DNA of 64,000 bases from Epithemia pelagica (taxonomy: Eukaryota; Protista; Bacillariophyta), in assembly GCA_946965045.2 (NCBI GenBank), contig OX337229.1, positions 3,906,001 to 3,970,000 on the forward strand, written 5' to 3'. Position numbers and translations under genes: made by a program. Of the stretch, positions 1 to 11,224 are shown piece after piece. Numbering within the stretch: position 1 is the first letter of the stretch; every line of letters begins with the position of its first letter. Below the pieces are notes generated by a model. That model was not told the origin of the DNA, ran no database searches, and saw nothing but the letters and a program-made list of their open reading frames with translations.

Positions 1-1652
1 AATACATTTCGACGGATACTTCGGAAAACAATTTACTTTTTTCCTTTGAGTTCACTTTATGCATGAAATATGCCGTTTTGTCAATGCATTAACATTGTTG
101 AGCAACAACCTTGTCACTATGTTACAGACAGCGAAGCTGTCAAACATGATGGTGATGTGGTCCGTCTATTCCGTACTGATCGTGAATCAAGGTTTGTTCC
201 CAATGCATAGGGATAGGATAGGGGATACATAGGGCCTTCTTCACGTTTGGGGGTTGGGGGGATGATGGACAGGCGCGGAGACAGACAGTTCACGGTCGTG
301 GATCTGGATCTGAATATCCAGCGCTTCGAATTTATAGCTTTATTAAAATAATGATTGTTTTGAAAGCATACTATCGCTTAGATTTCGCCGGGATGCCTTT
401 GTTGTGCCCCCAATTCTATTCTCACTCAGGGCTGGTCTTATCAATCGCAAATTTCCAAAAAATGCGATTGTCGTTGTAGCTTATCTTACTACCAGGCGGA
501 GAGTGCGTCATGGGTTTTCGTGACTGGGCTTCTTGAGTGTAATCCTATTGAGCCCTGGTGAGGAAAGGCTCTCTCATTCACGAATGCGTAAGACTCTCCC
601 TCCGCTGGAGGGGTGTAGGTCCGCTTCATCGCATCGGGCCCGGTACACATACATAGGATGGAGTACATCGTCAGCGTCTTACTGCGATGAAAAATAAATG
701 GACTGATAAGACCAGCCCTCATTGGCCATCATGTAGACAGAAAGTCGCTGTACAACTTCCTTTTCTATCCAATGTAGTGGGACATGAGACCAACATGACA
801 TATATAAATATTGCCCTCATATTGGTTTTTGGTAGGGATTAGAAGGATGGAAGGATGTGCGTATGGATTATATAGGCCTGTACTCGTGCCATAATAGCGA
901 CCAGCTATCCGAACTGGAAAATTGTCCAAAACTATTCTCAAAAGCCTGGGAACGTTGAACAATGACTCCTGAGGCATAGCAATGAGAACAACTCTGGTGT
1001 TTAACCCCGATCTCAATGACTTTCATATTGCTCCTATTGGTCCACTATCCAGTACTAGTACAAACTAGAATACGAGTATGCACATGTTAGCTTCCCGCAT
1101 AGCTTGTCCAGGGTACTAATCAGATCTGGGATAGTCGACATGCAAAGACCTCTCTAGCTAGATCTAGCTAGGAGTACCTATCAACGCTCTCTTTAGCTCT
1201 ACTCTCTACTAGAGAGTAGAGAGTGGACTCCAAAGAGTTTCAAGTCGGCCGCTCTTCTTTCAATTTTTATTGTGAACTGATTAGAAACAGTTAGCTCTTC
1301 TCAGATTTAGCCTGTATGATTCAGAAGTCTACCTACCTACCTACCTATTAGGTAGTTAGCTAGTAGTATTGTCTCTTGAATGGCCTACAGTCTCTGTAGT
1401 TTCAATATTGTATTGGGTAGTCGTCATACTTTGATTTTTGGTTGCTCGTATCGATGTTCTCCATGATCACAATGCTGAAAACAATAGCCCCGGTGATGAA
1501 AGTCATTCCAAAGGCTGGTCGTGAGATGTTTGAGCGGCAAGGGTCAAGGTTTTACTACTACACAATTTGATTCCATTTTCTTACGAGGAGAAAGCGGAAA
1601 CAGACCTGTACCAATTACCACAACACAGCTCCAAACGCAACATCGAGCAACC

Positions 1653-2468
1653 ATGCCACCAAGAACTCTTTCCGAACGGTCCCCAGTGAGCGTTATGAGA
1701 TGGGATGATTCATCAACAATAAGCAGTGTGGAGGTGAAGCCACAGAATAGTAGAGGCATGAATCCCCTGTCGAAATCTGTAAAGTTCACAGAAGAAAACG
1801 ATATATTTGAGATTCCTCACCTCGATGACATCCCTGACAGCGTTGTTGAATCAATATGGTACTCATCAAGGGAATATAGCGAGATCAAAGCTGCATACCA
1901 GCTAACAATATTCATGATGGAATCGGGTGAAAAGATAACAGGCAACGAACACACAACGCGGGGACTTGAGTACAGAACGCAAGAGGGGGCATGGGCACGG
2001 TACGAAAACAAGCGCGATGCATACAATGCCGTTCTTGACGAGCAGGATAGGCAATGGAAAGTTGACAAGGATGACTTCGACAAGTTGCGCGAGATATATC
2101 TTGAGCATTCCACCAAGTGTGCACAAGCGGCGGTAGTCAGGGCGCTACAAGATGAGCAAGACATCAAGGAATATCTCGTCAATGCTCTGAAGCCACGAAG
2201 AAAGAAGAAGAAGATCATTGTTGTCAAGAAGAAGAAAAAGAAAGTGCCATCATCATGCGAGTCTGATTCAGATGGCAATGCCACAGACACGTCAAATAAA
2301 TCAAGTCGGTCAACTAAGTCAGTATCGAAGAAGAAAGCCAAAGAGATTGCTGCAAAGCTCAAAAGAAGAGCAGCAGCATCTGGCGTCGACAAAAGCAGCT
2401 CTATACTGAACGAAAGAAGCAGCCTGGTCAGGACACAAATTGATATAAAGAAGAAGTCCTCCTACTGA
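1653..2468 (+). CDS. Hypothetical protein of an expanded diatom-type family (VxF...WY...RGLE...AVLxEQ motif) with Lys-rich C-terminus
   Basis: Open ORF; first good ATG at 1653 (MPPRTLS). Motifs KSVKFTEEN, IWYSSREY, TRGLEYRT, AVLDEQDRQW; basic KKKKK tract (possible NLS). Confidence 0.7.
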   Translation: MPPRTLSERSPVSVMRWDDSSTISSVEVKPQNSRGMNPLSKSVKFTEENDIFEIPHLDDIPDSVVESIWYSSREYSEIKAAYQLTIFMMESGEKITGNEHTTRGLEYRTQEGAWARYENKRDAYNAVLDEQDRQWKVDKDDFDKLREIYLEHSTKCAQAAVVRALQDEQDIKEYLVNALKPRRKKKKIIVVKKKKKKVPSSCESDSDGNATDTSNKSSRSTKSVSKKKAKEIAAKLKRRAAASGVDKSSSILNERSSLVRTQIDIKKKSSY

Positions 2469-2913
2469 CTGGCAAGAAATACTCCTACTGATAAGGAATC
2501 TGTAAACTATTTCCCCCCGCAATAACACACATAGAGAACCCGCGTGATTTGGAAAGGAAGCAATAATAGAATGATAGCAAATCCATAACGTGTAAGATGT
2601 GAATTTCATGCTTTGACTTGTCCGCCATAATGCCTTTGCATTTAGGTTTATGTTGTTTCTTTGGAATCAGTTCGGAGTTCGGAGTAAGGACTTCTACTAC
2701 GATGGAGGATTACGGATAGAGAGGTAGGAGTAGGCACAGTGAAGAGCACTTGAAGAGCTAGAGCAGTAGCTATCGTGTGCAGGTGTTGGTAGTCTTCGGT
2801 ACCTACCTACTCCTAGGAGTACCTACTCCTACCACTCCTCTAGGTAGTTCCGTTCACAGTTTGTATAGACTTCATTGAAGAGCAACAAAAGCCGGAAGGT
2901 ATGAATTGTTAAC

Positions 2914-4335
2914 ATGGTGGAATCAAAACAAGAGAAGGAGTCTTTCGTAAGCGGCCATGAAGGAACCACGCCTGCGGAATTGCTCTTGGTTTGCTGTACA
3001 GTCCCTGTTGGCTTGTGGTGTGGGTCAATCTTACTTTCTAGATTCACCTTTCTCCGTAGTCGGCCTCTTTCGCTGGAGGCCAGCGTGTTTTGGATTCCCA
3101 TGATTCTCTGCCAAAGCATTTACTTGTATCCATGGGGTGTTTCCTATCTCGCCGTAGAAATTGTGGTAGCTGTGGTTCTGGATATTATATGGAAGAAGAA
3201 TGATTCGACTACATCAGAGGAGACGTTGCAACAACAGGCCGCCGTAAAGGCTTCCAACAAGAAGAAAAACTCGAATGGTTCTCTTACAACATATCGATCT
3301 TCCATGATGTATTTGACATTTACTGCCATTCTGGCGGTCGACTTTCATTTTTTTCCTCGACGGTTTGTTAAAACGGAGACAGAAGGATACAGTTTGATGG
3401 ATCTAGGGGCGGCGTCTTTTGTTATTGCGGCTGGACTCGTATCACCAAAAGCGAGACAAGGAACGTCCAAACGGCAAACGAAGAAGTCAGGTTTGTTCAC
3501 TCTTCGCGATATCCGACGGATGGCCCCGTTAGTCATAATGGGTGTACTGAGACTGGTAACGCACAAAGGAATCGAGTACCAAGAGCACGCATCGGAATAT
3601 GGAATCCACTGGAACTTTTTCTTCACTCTTGCATTCCTCCATGCTGTTGTTCCGTTCCTTCCAGGGCCTAGCAACGTACTCCCTTTACTGTTGATGAGTC
3701 TCTATCAGGCATTTCTATCTTACGGCGGAGGTCAAGAATGGATAGAAGGGGGAAGCAGGAAATGCGCGCCCTTGCCTTCAGGGTCAGAACCATCTCCTTT
3801 TTGTCATGTTTTTGCGTCGAATCGGGAAGGTATTCTCGGTTGCATCGGTTACGTTTCCATCTATATGATCTCTGAGTGGATTGGTTCAATAGCTCTATGG
3901 CCCAGTTCCGCCAACGACGAAGTACCACGCAATGGCTTATTCTGGGCGGTTTGCGTTGTACTGGGCTGTGTATGGAGGCTTCTCGTATACTTCGGAATCA
4001 AAGTATCAAGAAGATCCACCAATGTTTCTTTTTGTTGCTGGGCCCTAGTGGTCAACTTGCTCATTTTGCAACTTGTTAGAACGGTCCATCAGAGAAATGG
4101 TCAAGTCTCAATGGTCTCGAATGCGTTGAACCGACATGGTCTCACATGCTTTGTGGTGGCGAACTTGCTTACAGGCGCCGTGAACCTGTCCATCAACACC
4201 TTGGAAATACAGGACTTGACGGCAATGGTGATCTTAGTTGCCTACATGACAAGCATTGGAGTTCTAGCGATTGCTCTAGAGACAGTATCTGACTCTCTAC
4301 AACATCGCAAGGACAAAATTGCAAAAACGGAATGA
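2914..4335 (+). CDS. PIGW: GPI inositol acyltransferase PIG-W / GWT1
   Basis: 473 aa multi-TM ORF with TAILAVDFHFFPRRFVKTETEGYSLMDLG, YQEHASEYGIHWNFFFTL, NREGILGCIGY and VSRRSTN, matching GWT1 family motifs. Confidence 0.93.
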   Translation: MVESKQEKESFVSGHEGTTPAELLLVCCTVPVGLWCGSILLSRFTFLRSRPLSLEASVFWIPMILCQSIYLYPWGVSYLAVEIVVAVVLDIIWKKNDSTTSEETLQQQAAVKASNKKKNSNGSLTTYRSSMMYLTFTAILAVDFHFFPRRFVKTETEGYSLMDLGAASFVIAAGLVSPKARQGTSKRQTKKSGLFTLRDIRRMAPLVIMGVLRLVTHKGIEYQEHASEYGIHWNFFFTLAFLHAVVPFLPGPSNVLPLLLMSLYQAFLSYGGGQEWIEGGSRKCAPLPSGSEPSPFCHVFASNREGILGCIGYVSIYMISEWIGSIALWPSSANDEVPRNGLFWAVCVVLGCVWRLLVYFGIKVSRRSTNVSFCCWALVVNLLILQLVRTVHQRNGQVSMVSNALNRHGLTCFVVANLLTGAVNLSINTLEIQDLTAMVILVAYMTSIGVLAIALETVSDSLQHRKDKIAKTE

Positions 4336-4367
4336 AGCGCTTTAATTATTGGTCAATCAAGACTCAA

Positions 4368-5888
4368 TCATGACAGGGTATCACCACAATACCCTCCAGG
4401 AAGAGGTTCTTTGCAGTCACCCATTCGTTTCAGATGAACAAAGGCATCTGTTCCATAGCCCTCCATACTTATCAAGTGAAGATCTCCCCCAAAATATCGA
4501 CAGTAGCTTCTAGCAATGGGCAGTCCATATCCGAGACCTGCAATTGGGGCCTTGTCGTCGTGATCCGTACTTTCATTGATAAAGGCATCTTGAACGGCAG
4601 GGTCGGCCGTTGTGAATAGAAACGACCAGATCTTGTGGATTTGGCTCCTTCGAATGCCTCCCCCTTCGTCCATGATTTTAATCACCACATCTTCGTTGTC
4701 TTGTCCATCTGCAATGACCACGGTAAGAGGTGGCAGTTCCGCTACCGGGTGATGTTTGTGTCTGGAACGCAAATCCTCTTCTACAGTGGCACGCATGGCA
4801 TTCTTTAACAGTTCCAGGATCACGTAATGTAAGTAAGTGGGTATATAGGGAAAGGTCCGGTCCAATCGACCTGTAATGTTCACCCGTGGTGCAATATGAT
4901 ACTGTCTTTGACACATTTGTGTGGCATGGACAGCGGCATTCCGTACGATTTCGGTTGGGTTGGTGTGCAGATGAATCATTCCAACATAATCCTTATTCTG
5001 ATTGTCTCCAAGGACGTTCTGTCTTTGATTCTGTTGATTGTGGAGAGCTAGGTATTGGCCAGCCAAGACACGAATCCCAATCCTACTGGTATAGAAGCGA
5101 TCCAAGAAATTTTGACACAAGTCCATGATCTTTTCGAGGGCAACTTCCGAGTCTTGTCGTTCGACAACACCCTTCACTTGGCCATTCCGAACTGCCGCTC
5201 TCAACTGATAGGCCCCCTGTGCCATTTGGACCAGAACACCCGAATGTTTGCCGTACAAGTCATACAGACTGTGGGAGAACCGTTGTTCATCGTGTATTGT
5301 TCGGATTGGCGGAAAGTCGACTAATTTCAGAAACGAATCAATATAGATCTTTTTGACGTTTTGAACTGCTTCCATATCTCGAAGAAAGGGAATTTGATCC
5401 AAATCTTGAATGCGATAGGCCAAGCGAATTGGTAGTTCTTGTCTCAAGGAGGATGCCATTTGAATCAACACTCTTTCCGAGGCCAACTTTCGACCACGCT
5501 GCCCCATATTCATGGAGGAGGAAGAATTGTCATCAGAAGATAATGTTGATGTGTATCCATCATTGCTGTTGTTCCCTAAAAGTTCTCCCCGACCCGTTCG
5601 AATAAGTGTTTGTAAAGACGATGCCGTTTGGTTCATGGAAGCATATTCATTCACAAGATTGGCGATAGACGATGGAAGTTGGTCACCAATTTGATACGAC
5701 GGAGGATAGAAATCAGTCAGATCATTTGCATCAAAAACAGTGGCAAAGCCACGTTTTGTTGTAGTTGTTGTTGGGTTGGTCCTCACACTTGGACAAGTGT
5801 TCCGCCACCATGATCGATGTCTAACCAGCCTCCTCAACTGAGACCTGGAAGGTGCACGAAGATGATGAGTGGGACTGCAGTGAATCAT
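4368..5888 (-). CDS. PDK: Mitochondrial pyruvate (or branched-chain ketoacid) dehydrogenase kinase
   Basis: ELPIRLAYRI, RFYTSRIGIRVL, ELLKNAMRAT (N box), IMDEGGGI (G1), GLGYGLPIARSYCRYFGGDL (G2); Arg-rich N-terminal transit peptide. Confidence 0.93.
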   Translation of the reverse strand: MIHCSPTHHLRAPSRSQLRRLVRHRSWWRNTCPSVRTNPTTTTTKRGFATVFDANDLTDFYPPSYQIGDQLPSSIANLVNEYASMNQTASSLQTLIRTGRGELLGNNSNDGYTSTLSSDDNSSSSMNMGQRGRKLASERVLIQMASSLRQELPIRLAYRIQDLDQIPFLRDMEAVQNVKKIYIDSFLKLVDFPPIRTIHDEQRFSHSLYDLYGKHSGVLVQMAQGAYQLRAAVRNGQVKGVVERQDSEVALEKIMDLCQNFLDRFYTSRIGIRVLAGQYLALHNQQNQRQNVLGDNQNKDYVGMIHLHTNPTEIVRNAAVHATQMCQRQYHIAPRVNITGRLDRTFPYIPTYLHYVILELLKNAMRATVEEDLRSRHKHHPVAELPPLTVVIADGQDNEDVVIKIMDEGGGIRRSQIHKIWSFLFTTADPAVQDAFINESTDHDDKAPIAGLGYGLPIARSYCRYFGGDLHLISMEGYGTDAFVHLKRMGDCKEPLPGGYCGDTLS

Positions 5889-6244
5889 GGTTCAGCTGTT
5901 GACTTTGAAAAGTATGTGGTTATATTCGATGGGGAAAGCAAACTTCGTTACTTCTCGACATGCCGAGATGGTTTTCTTCTTGTGATTGTGATGGGCGATC
6001 GTCATGAGAAAAAAAAACAGGATCTGCGATTGATGATGCTCGTGAATGCGTGGGCGATGCCATGTTTGTGTGGGGAGTGGGGAAGGACGATGGATTCGAT
6101 GTCAGTGCTTCGACAAAGTCTTCACTCATCCACCCCACCACTCTTTTCCGTCTGGCATGCGACCGGGCCCGAGGACAAGAAACGCGAAGACCAACGAACC
6201 CGACAAACCAAGGACGAGAACACAGAACACCCGTAATAACACGG

Positions 6245-6556
6245 TAACTTATCGGGCTACTTTTTGGTGCGGGGGCAGGTGCGAGTGCGAGGGGGGACTC
6301 CAAATCTAAAAATTTAGCGCGGGCGCTCGCAAAAATTGCGTGCAAGTCACTGCGAGTAAGGGCTGCGAGGGCAACGATTTGCCGCGCCAAAGCTGAAGAG
6401 TATCGGTAATCGTCTGTCATTCTATCCGTTGAAGCACACTCGCATGACAAAACTACGGATAACTGTTAAGTTTCTAGTAGGAATGTTGATGCGATTGCGG
6501 GGGCTTACCCCCCGCACTCGCACCTTCACCCGCATCAATGTTCCGGTGATAAGTTA
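6245..6556. repeat. Imperfect ~50-bp inverted repeat pair (6245-6296 / 6508-6556) in a divergent promoter
   Basis: taacttatc...ttggtgcggg..caggtgcgagtgcgagggggg is mirrored by ccccccgcactcgcacc..cccgcatcaa...gataagtta; local hairpin gcgggggcttaccccccgc at ~6497-6515. Confidence 0.6.
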
Positions 6557-6698
6557 GGGGGTAAGGTCTAACCGAAAAGGAAAAGGGGAGGAATAGAACA
6601 GTACGAAATACAATATTCTATCATCGACTCAGACACCTTCGGAATCATCTCCATCCATTGACATTCATCAAAGTCGAAGCGCAACCAAGGAGAGGAGG

Positions 6699-7196
6699 AT
6701 GAGTCCATTTCCCCATCAGCAAGAGAGTGTGGCCTTGGACGAAGCGGCTTGTCGAGCCGTGGACTTGATCCATAAGTTCGCGGAACAAGACCCCAATGAT
6801 GCTTCGGAAGACAACCCTTGGCGAGATCCCAAGCACATATACGAACAGCTGGATGTCGCTCGTGTACAATTGCTAGAGGCAGCTCGAGCGTTGAAAGAGG
6901 CTGCGCTTTCCACCAACGAATCGGGTCGCCATGACGAAGATTATCTCCGAGCACAATTCATGGATATGATCACTGACGCGTTTGCTGATGTACTCAATAG
7001 CATGAAAGAAGATCCCGATATGGATGTGAATATTCTAGCAGATTGTTTGCAATCTGGAATGGATATTCTTTCTCAAGAGGATCGGGAATTCCTCCTTCAA
7101 GACATGGATGGAGGGGACGACGAAGATGACGAAACAACGACTCCACACGAAGCACGCCGTCAAGATTTGGGATATGTTCAAACAACTGCCGCTTGA
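6699..7196 (+). CDS. Small acidic protein, possibly Rsa3-like (ribosome assembly)
   Basis: 165 aa ATG-initiated ORF. FMDMITDAFADVLNSMKEDPD..ILADCLQSGMDILS resembles the Rsa3 domain pattern (Y/F-L-x-x-x-T-x-x-F-x-D-x-L...L-x-x-G); recalled resemblance only. Confidence 0.5.
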   Translation: MSPFPHQQESVALDEAACRAVDLIHKFAEQDPNDASEDNPWRDPKHIYEQLDVARVQLLEAARALKEAALSTNESGRHDEDYLRAQFMDMITDAFADVLNSMKEDPDMDVNILADCLQSGMDILSQEDREFLLQDMDGGDDEDDETTTPHEARRQDLGYVQTTAA

Positions 7197-7515
7197 TCTT
7201 CTTCTTTTTATTATTCTCTCGGTTGTCCACCTTTCTCGCATCTTTTCGCTTTCCTTTCTTCCTTTGGCTATCACCTGTACAGAAAATGAATCATCCAAGC
7301 CATTCCCAGATTTCATCCAGAAACTGCTCTCCCCATGAATATGGATGACTACCAATGTCGATGAATCTATTCCATTCAAAGGAACCTACCTAGCTATAAA
7401 AATCGTTAATCGATAGTACATACTCTCAACTTCCTCACATGGCGCCCTAGCTTTCATTATGAAGAACCTTGTGGAGCTGGTGGCCATACCGGCCAATCCA
7501 ATTGACTTCAACTGC

Positions 7516-9777
7516 TCAATCGTCGTCGCTTTCATCATCGTCATCATCGCTGTCATCATCATCGTCTGCGACGAGCCAATCCAAGAATTCCTGAATAGAT
7601 TTTTGGCGGTACAATACAACACGGGCAGTTTCATTGTCGATTTCCTCCTCCGCCTTTCGCTCCTCAGACCATGCGAGTATGGCGTCTTCACTGACGATGT
7701 CTTCATTATAAAGAGTCTGGAGCAGAATACGAAAAGCATTACCAGTGCTAAGTTTTTCGCCCAAATCTCCACCCCCGGTTGCCATCTTTTCAATGCCGAA
7801 AATGATGGCCTCCTCCTCATCCAATCCAATGCTCATCTTTTGCAACAGTGGAGCCCAATGTTGCAAGTACGACTTGAATTCCGTCACCAATTTGGACTCA
7901 GTCGTATCTTTGTTGATGTTCATCTTTTCGATAATTGCCAACGTGGCAGCCATTGTGCAGTCTGAATACGTAGCATTTTGACTGAATTTGAACGAGTTGA
8001 GTTCAATTGCCAAGTTTTCAATAGGACTTGTCGGTTCGTACTCAAGGCAAATAGCCTTCAGTTCTGCAATCACATCCACATCTTTCTGACGGCCATACGG
8101 ATCGTCGGATCCAAACTCGACCGCATCGAATTGAGAACCAGTTTCGAACTCACTATGATCAGGATCCTTTTCACTAAAGTCATCTGGGTCTTCACGTTGC
8201 ATCACTTTTCGATTTGCAAAGAGCGAAGATGGATCGAATCCAGTACTTTGGGTTTTGGTCAGTTCCTCTGTTGTCAAGCCATACAATTCCTCATCTTCAT
8301 CGTCTTCCGGTGAAAATTGCCACACTCTACCTTTCCCATCCTTACCAACAACTGCCTCGTCTGATATAAACTCTTCTTCAATTTCGTCTTCATCATTAGA
8401 TTCATTCTCATCATCATCATCGTCGTCGTAATCATCACCATAGTTATTCTTTTCTTCCTTCGCAAGTGTGATCCTCGTGAACTCCGGAAGCACTACACCT
8501 TCCCCAACTATGCAGCCAGAGCCAATCACACAACCTCGATAAATTGTTGCTCCTCGTTTGACCGTGCTTCCACTCGCAAGTATCGAGTTTTCCACTGTAG
8601 CACCTTCCCCAATCTCAACATTATCCCATAAATGACAACCACTCAATTTTACAGAATCTCCAATCGCACAGTTATGGCCCATGACCGTTTGCTCGACACG
8701 ACATTCCTTACCAATTTTGCAAGTGCCACCAATCATTCCGGCTCCTTTTACAATTGCCGTTCGGTGGATCGAAGAGCTACCGCTTTTTTGCTCCATGTAG
8801 ATATAATGGCGATGGAGAGCATATCGATAGAGTTTCTCATATCCGCTTGGTAGATTGTCAGGGACCACCGGATAACACCATCTCCGTAAAAGGTCCCGCG
8901 AAACGGCAGCATAGGTCGAAAAATCATGAATTCGAGCTGCATACTCAGAGGATTGCAACAAGTGTGCATGAATCCTGTTTTGCAAACCCTCTTCCTCTTC
9001 GGCCACGGAATTCGCCACAAACTTACGACGTATTTCACGGTAATCAAACTCATCCGTGAACCGAGCGAGTACATCTGGACTGCAAATATCAATGCCACAA
9101 TCCAATAAGTCATAACGTAAATCAATCTGTGAATGTGATGCGAAAAAGGAGCAGGGTACGGTAACATTCTTGTTGACAACGGAGTTACTGTAAACAAGAA
9201 CGCGATTCTCTTTGCTGGGATCTAGACCCACAACAAGATCTTCTGAATTGGTGCGTATTGATGAATAGGTCAGTGGTGAGCAGTCCGTTGCACCGACTTG
9301 TTTGAACAAAACTGTCATCATGTTACTGCGATCCTTTTTGTGCCATAGTTTATGAGACTGTATTGCTTCCGTGAGATTCACGTTTGTGACAACATCCCCA
9401 AACATAAGGATGAACGGATCACTCTTGACAAGATCCCTTTGGTCCAGTTCTCGGAGTGCATCTCCTGCATTGGTCAAGGAGGTGTCCTTAAGAAATGAAA
9501 CGGACATGGCCCAACATTTCTTCTTTTGTCGAACGTACGATTGTACCTTTTCTGAAACACATACTACAATGACCTCTTCGACACCGGAACCAGCAAGAAA
9601 GTCCAAAGCATAGTCAATCATGGCCACATTGTTGAGAGGACAAAGAACTTTGGGCTGATCCAAGCTCAGTGGGCGAAATGTTTCGACAAAGGAATCGGCC
9701 AACAAAACTGCCTGCAAGGGTTGCTCTCGCTTTGTGGATGGGTCTTCATGGCTCGGAGATTTCTTTTTGGCTCCCAT
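7516..9777 (-). CDS. EIF2B5: Translation initiation factor eIF2B subunit epsilon
   Basis: LQAVLLADSF..FRPLS..PKVLCPLNNV nucleotidyltransferase-like domain, hexapeptide left-handed beta-helix repeats, acidic linker, C-terminal W2 domain (EDAILAW, EFLDWL). Confidence 0.95.
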   Translation of the reverse strand: MGAKKKSPSHEDPSTKREQPLQAVLLADSFVETFRPLSLDQPKVLCPLNNVAMIDYALDFLAGSGVEEVIVVCVSEKVQSYVRQKKKCWAMSVSFLKDTSLTNAGDALRELDQRDLVKSDPFILMFGDVVTNVNLTEAIQSHKLWHKKDRSNMMTVLFKQVGATDCSPLTYSSIRTNSEDLVVGLDPSKENRVLVYSNSVVNKNVTVPCSFFASHSQIDLRYDLLDCGIDICSPDVLARFTDEFDYREIRRKFVANSVAEEEEGLQNRIHAHLLQSSEYAARIHDFSTYAAVSRDLLRRWCYPVVPDNLPSGYEKLYRYALHRHYIYMEQKSGSSSIHRTAIVKGAGMIGGTCKIGKECRVEQTVMGHNCAIGDSVKLSGCHLWDNVEIGEGATVENSILASGSTVKRGATIYRGCVIGSGCIVGEGVVLPEFTRITLAKEEKNNYGDDYDDDDDDENESNDEDEIEEEFISDEAVVGKDGKGRVWQFSPEDDEDEELYGLTTEELTKTQSTGFDPSSLFANRKVMQREDPDDFSEKDPDHSEFETGSQFDAVEFGSDDPYGRQKDVDVIAELKAICLEYEPTSPIENLAIELNSFKFSQNATYSDCTMAATLAIIEKMNINKDTTESKLVTEFKSYLQHWAPLLQKMSIGLDEEEAIIFGIEKMATGGGDLGEKLSTGNAFRILLQTLYNEDIVSEDAILAWSEERKAEEEIDNETARVVLYRQKSIQEFLDWLVADDDDDSDDDDDESDDD

Positions 9778-10166
9778 TTCGACAAATCAAACAGAGCTTT
9801 TTTCACTATAGCTAAATATTTTCCTTGGCTTCTAATCTCCAAGGGCAATCAAGAGACATGAACCATGAACACCTCGGCAAAAGATGCAAGGACGCACGTT
9901 TGACGTTTCTGGCTTTCAAGTGGAAGCGACACTGGGTTGATGTCGTCTCTCCGTTGTCCGTTGGACACTCGAGCTACGTTCTCCACTTTTGTTCTCTGAT
10001 AGCGTCGAAATCTATTCTTTCCATGACAACCATCAAAAAGGGATCCCTTAGACTAGTACAACTCCAATCCAATTCACCAACAGTAATACATTAACCATAG
10101 CACAGTTGCTCATATCATTCGGTTCTCTCTTAAAGCGATGAAAATTAGCTATTGGATTTACAAGTC

Positions 10167-10941
10167 TTATGGAGAGTGATCTTTCCAATCAAACTTTGGA
10201 TGAATTTTCCCTCGTGAGGAAGACATAGAATTGGAAGCCAGTGATTGCTGACCGTCTGTCATGATTTCCAAAAGGCGCTGTCGGATCCCATCTTTGATCT
10301 TCTGATCTCTACTCTTGATCCAGATTTCGATTTTAAAAGTGGGATAACCCCTTGACTTGTCCAGGACACGAATCCCATTTATAACATCTTCATCATTCGG
10401 TCCACTTACGGCATCTTCAATCGTTTCACCGACCACTGCTAAAACCAGGTTTTTCCAGTACAAATCGAGAACCTCACCTTCCAAAGATTGGCGACAGAAC
10501 CATTCTCCACCCTTTGCGTTGGCAGGGTCACCCCATTCGGGTTCAATACCTTTTTTGAACAAGGAAAATTCTTCAATGGTTCGACCGTCTGGTCCCACTT
10601 TCTTGCGACAGTCGCCGTCAAAAAACACTTGCGACGGGGTCGGGAGGTGATTGAAATTCCGCCAAAAATCTTGCACCGTCGAAAAGTTTGCCAACGCATT
10701 CATGTTGTCTTTCCATTGGTTAGAGTTCTGCTTACTGCTCGGGTTGGTGTTTCCGGATTTATGCTCCCATAAAACCCATTCTGTTCGATGTGCAATACAA
10801 AAGTATGAGTTTGACTATGACATACGAATACGAAGCAACCACAATCCAGGCTCCGGTGTCACTGTTGTCATGGTCCGGTTGTTCCGAAAAGATTCGCTAC
10901 TACGTACCATTCTGAAGGGGATCAAGGGCAACTTCTGTCAT
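10167..10941 (-). CDS. EIF4E: Translation initiation factor eIF4E (2 exons; intron 10781-10907)
   Basis: Splicing GTACGT...CAG gives MTEVALDPLQNEWVLWEH; then FSTVQDFW, FSLFKKGIEPEWGDPANAKGGEW, WKNLVLAVVGE, INGIRV, KIEIW. Confidence 0.93.
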
Positions 10942-11224
10942 GATGAACTAACAAACAACTTGAGATCGGGATGGTTTGAGAGTGTTGTTGTGGTCTTGTG
11001 GTGGGAAAAACGTCTGTCTGATAGCAGTTCGTGACTGAGAAACTGGGGATTCAACGTTGTGGGTCTTGTGGCTTGTGGGTTGTGTGGGTGGTGGGGTTGT
11101 GGGATCTTTTGATTGACGCAGAGGCTTCCCGCCCGGTTTGTTGGTAGGAATGTACCACTGTTTCATGTTTTCTCTGAACGCTGAACAGGTTGTGCCAAGA
11201 GCATCACTCTCCCGGATTGAAAAC

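Noticed and set aside
491-689. Assignment of the hairpin cluster to RNase P/MRP
   Set aside because: GAGGAAAGGCTC and GCGTCTTACT resemble CR-I/CR-V but do not form a proper P4 helix; left unclassified.
880-1016. U4/U1 snRNA-like fragments (TAGCAATGAG; AATTTT followed by a hairpin)
   Set aside because: Short isolated matches on inconsistent strands; the other conserved snRNA elements are missing.
5817-6450. ORFs of 139-176 aa between PDK and the Rsa3-like gene
   Set aside because: They overlap the promoter and inverted repeat, have no recognisable motifs, and conflict on both strands.
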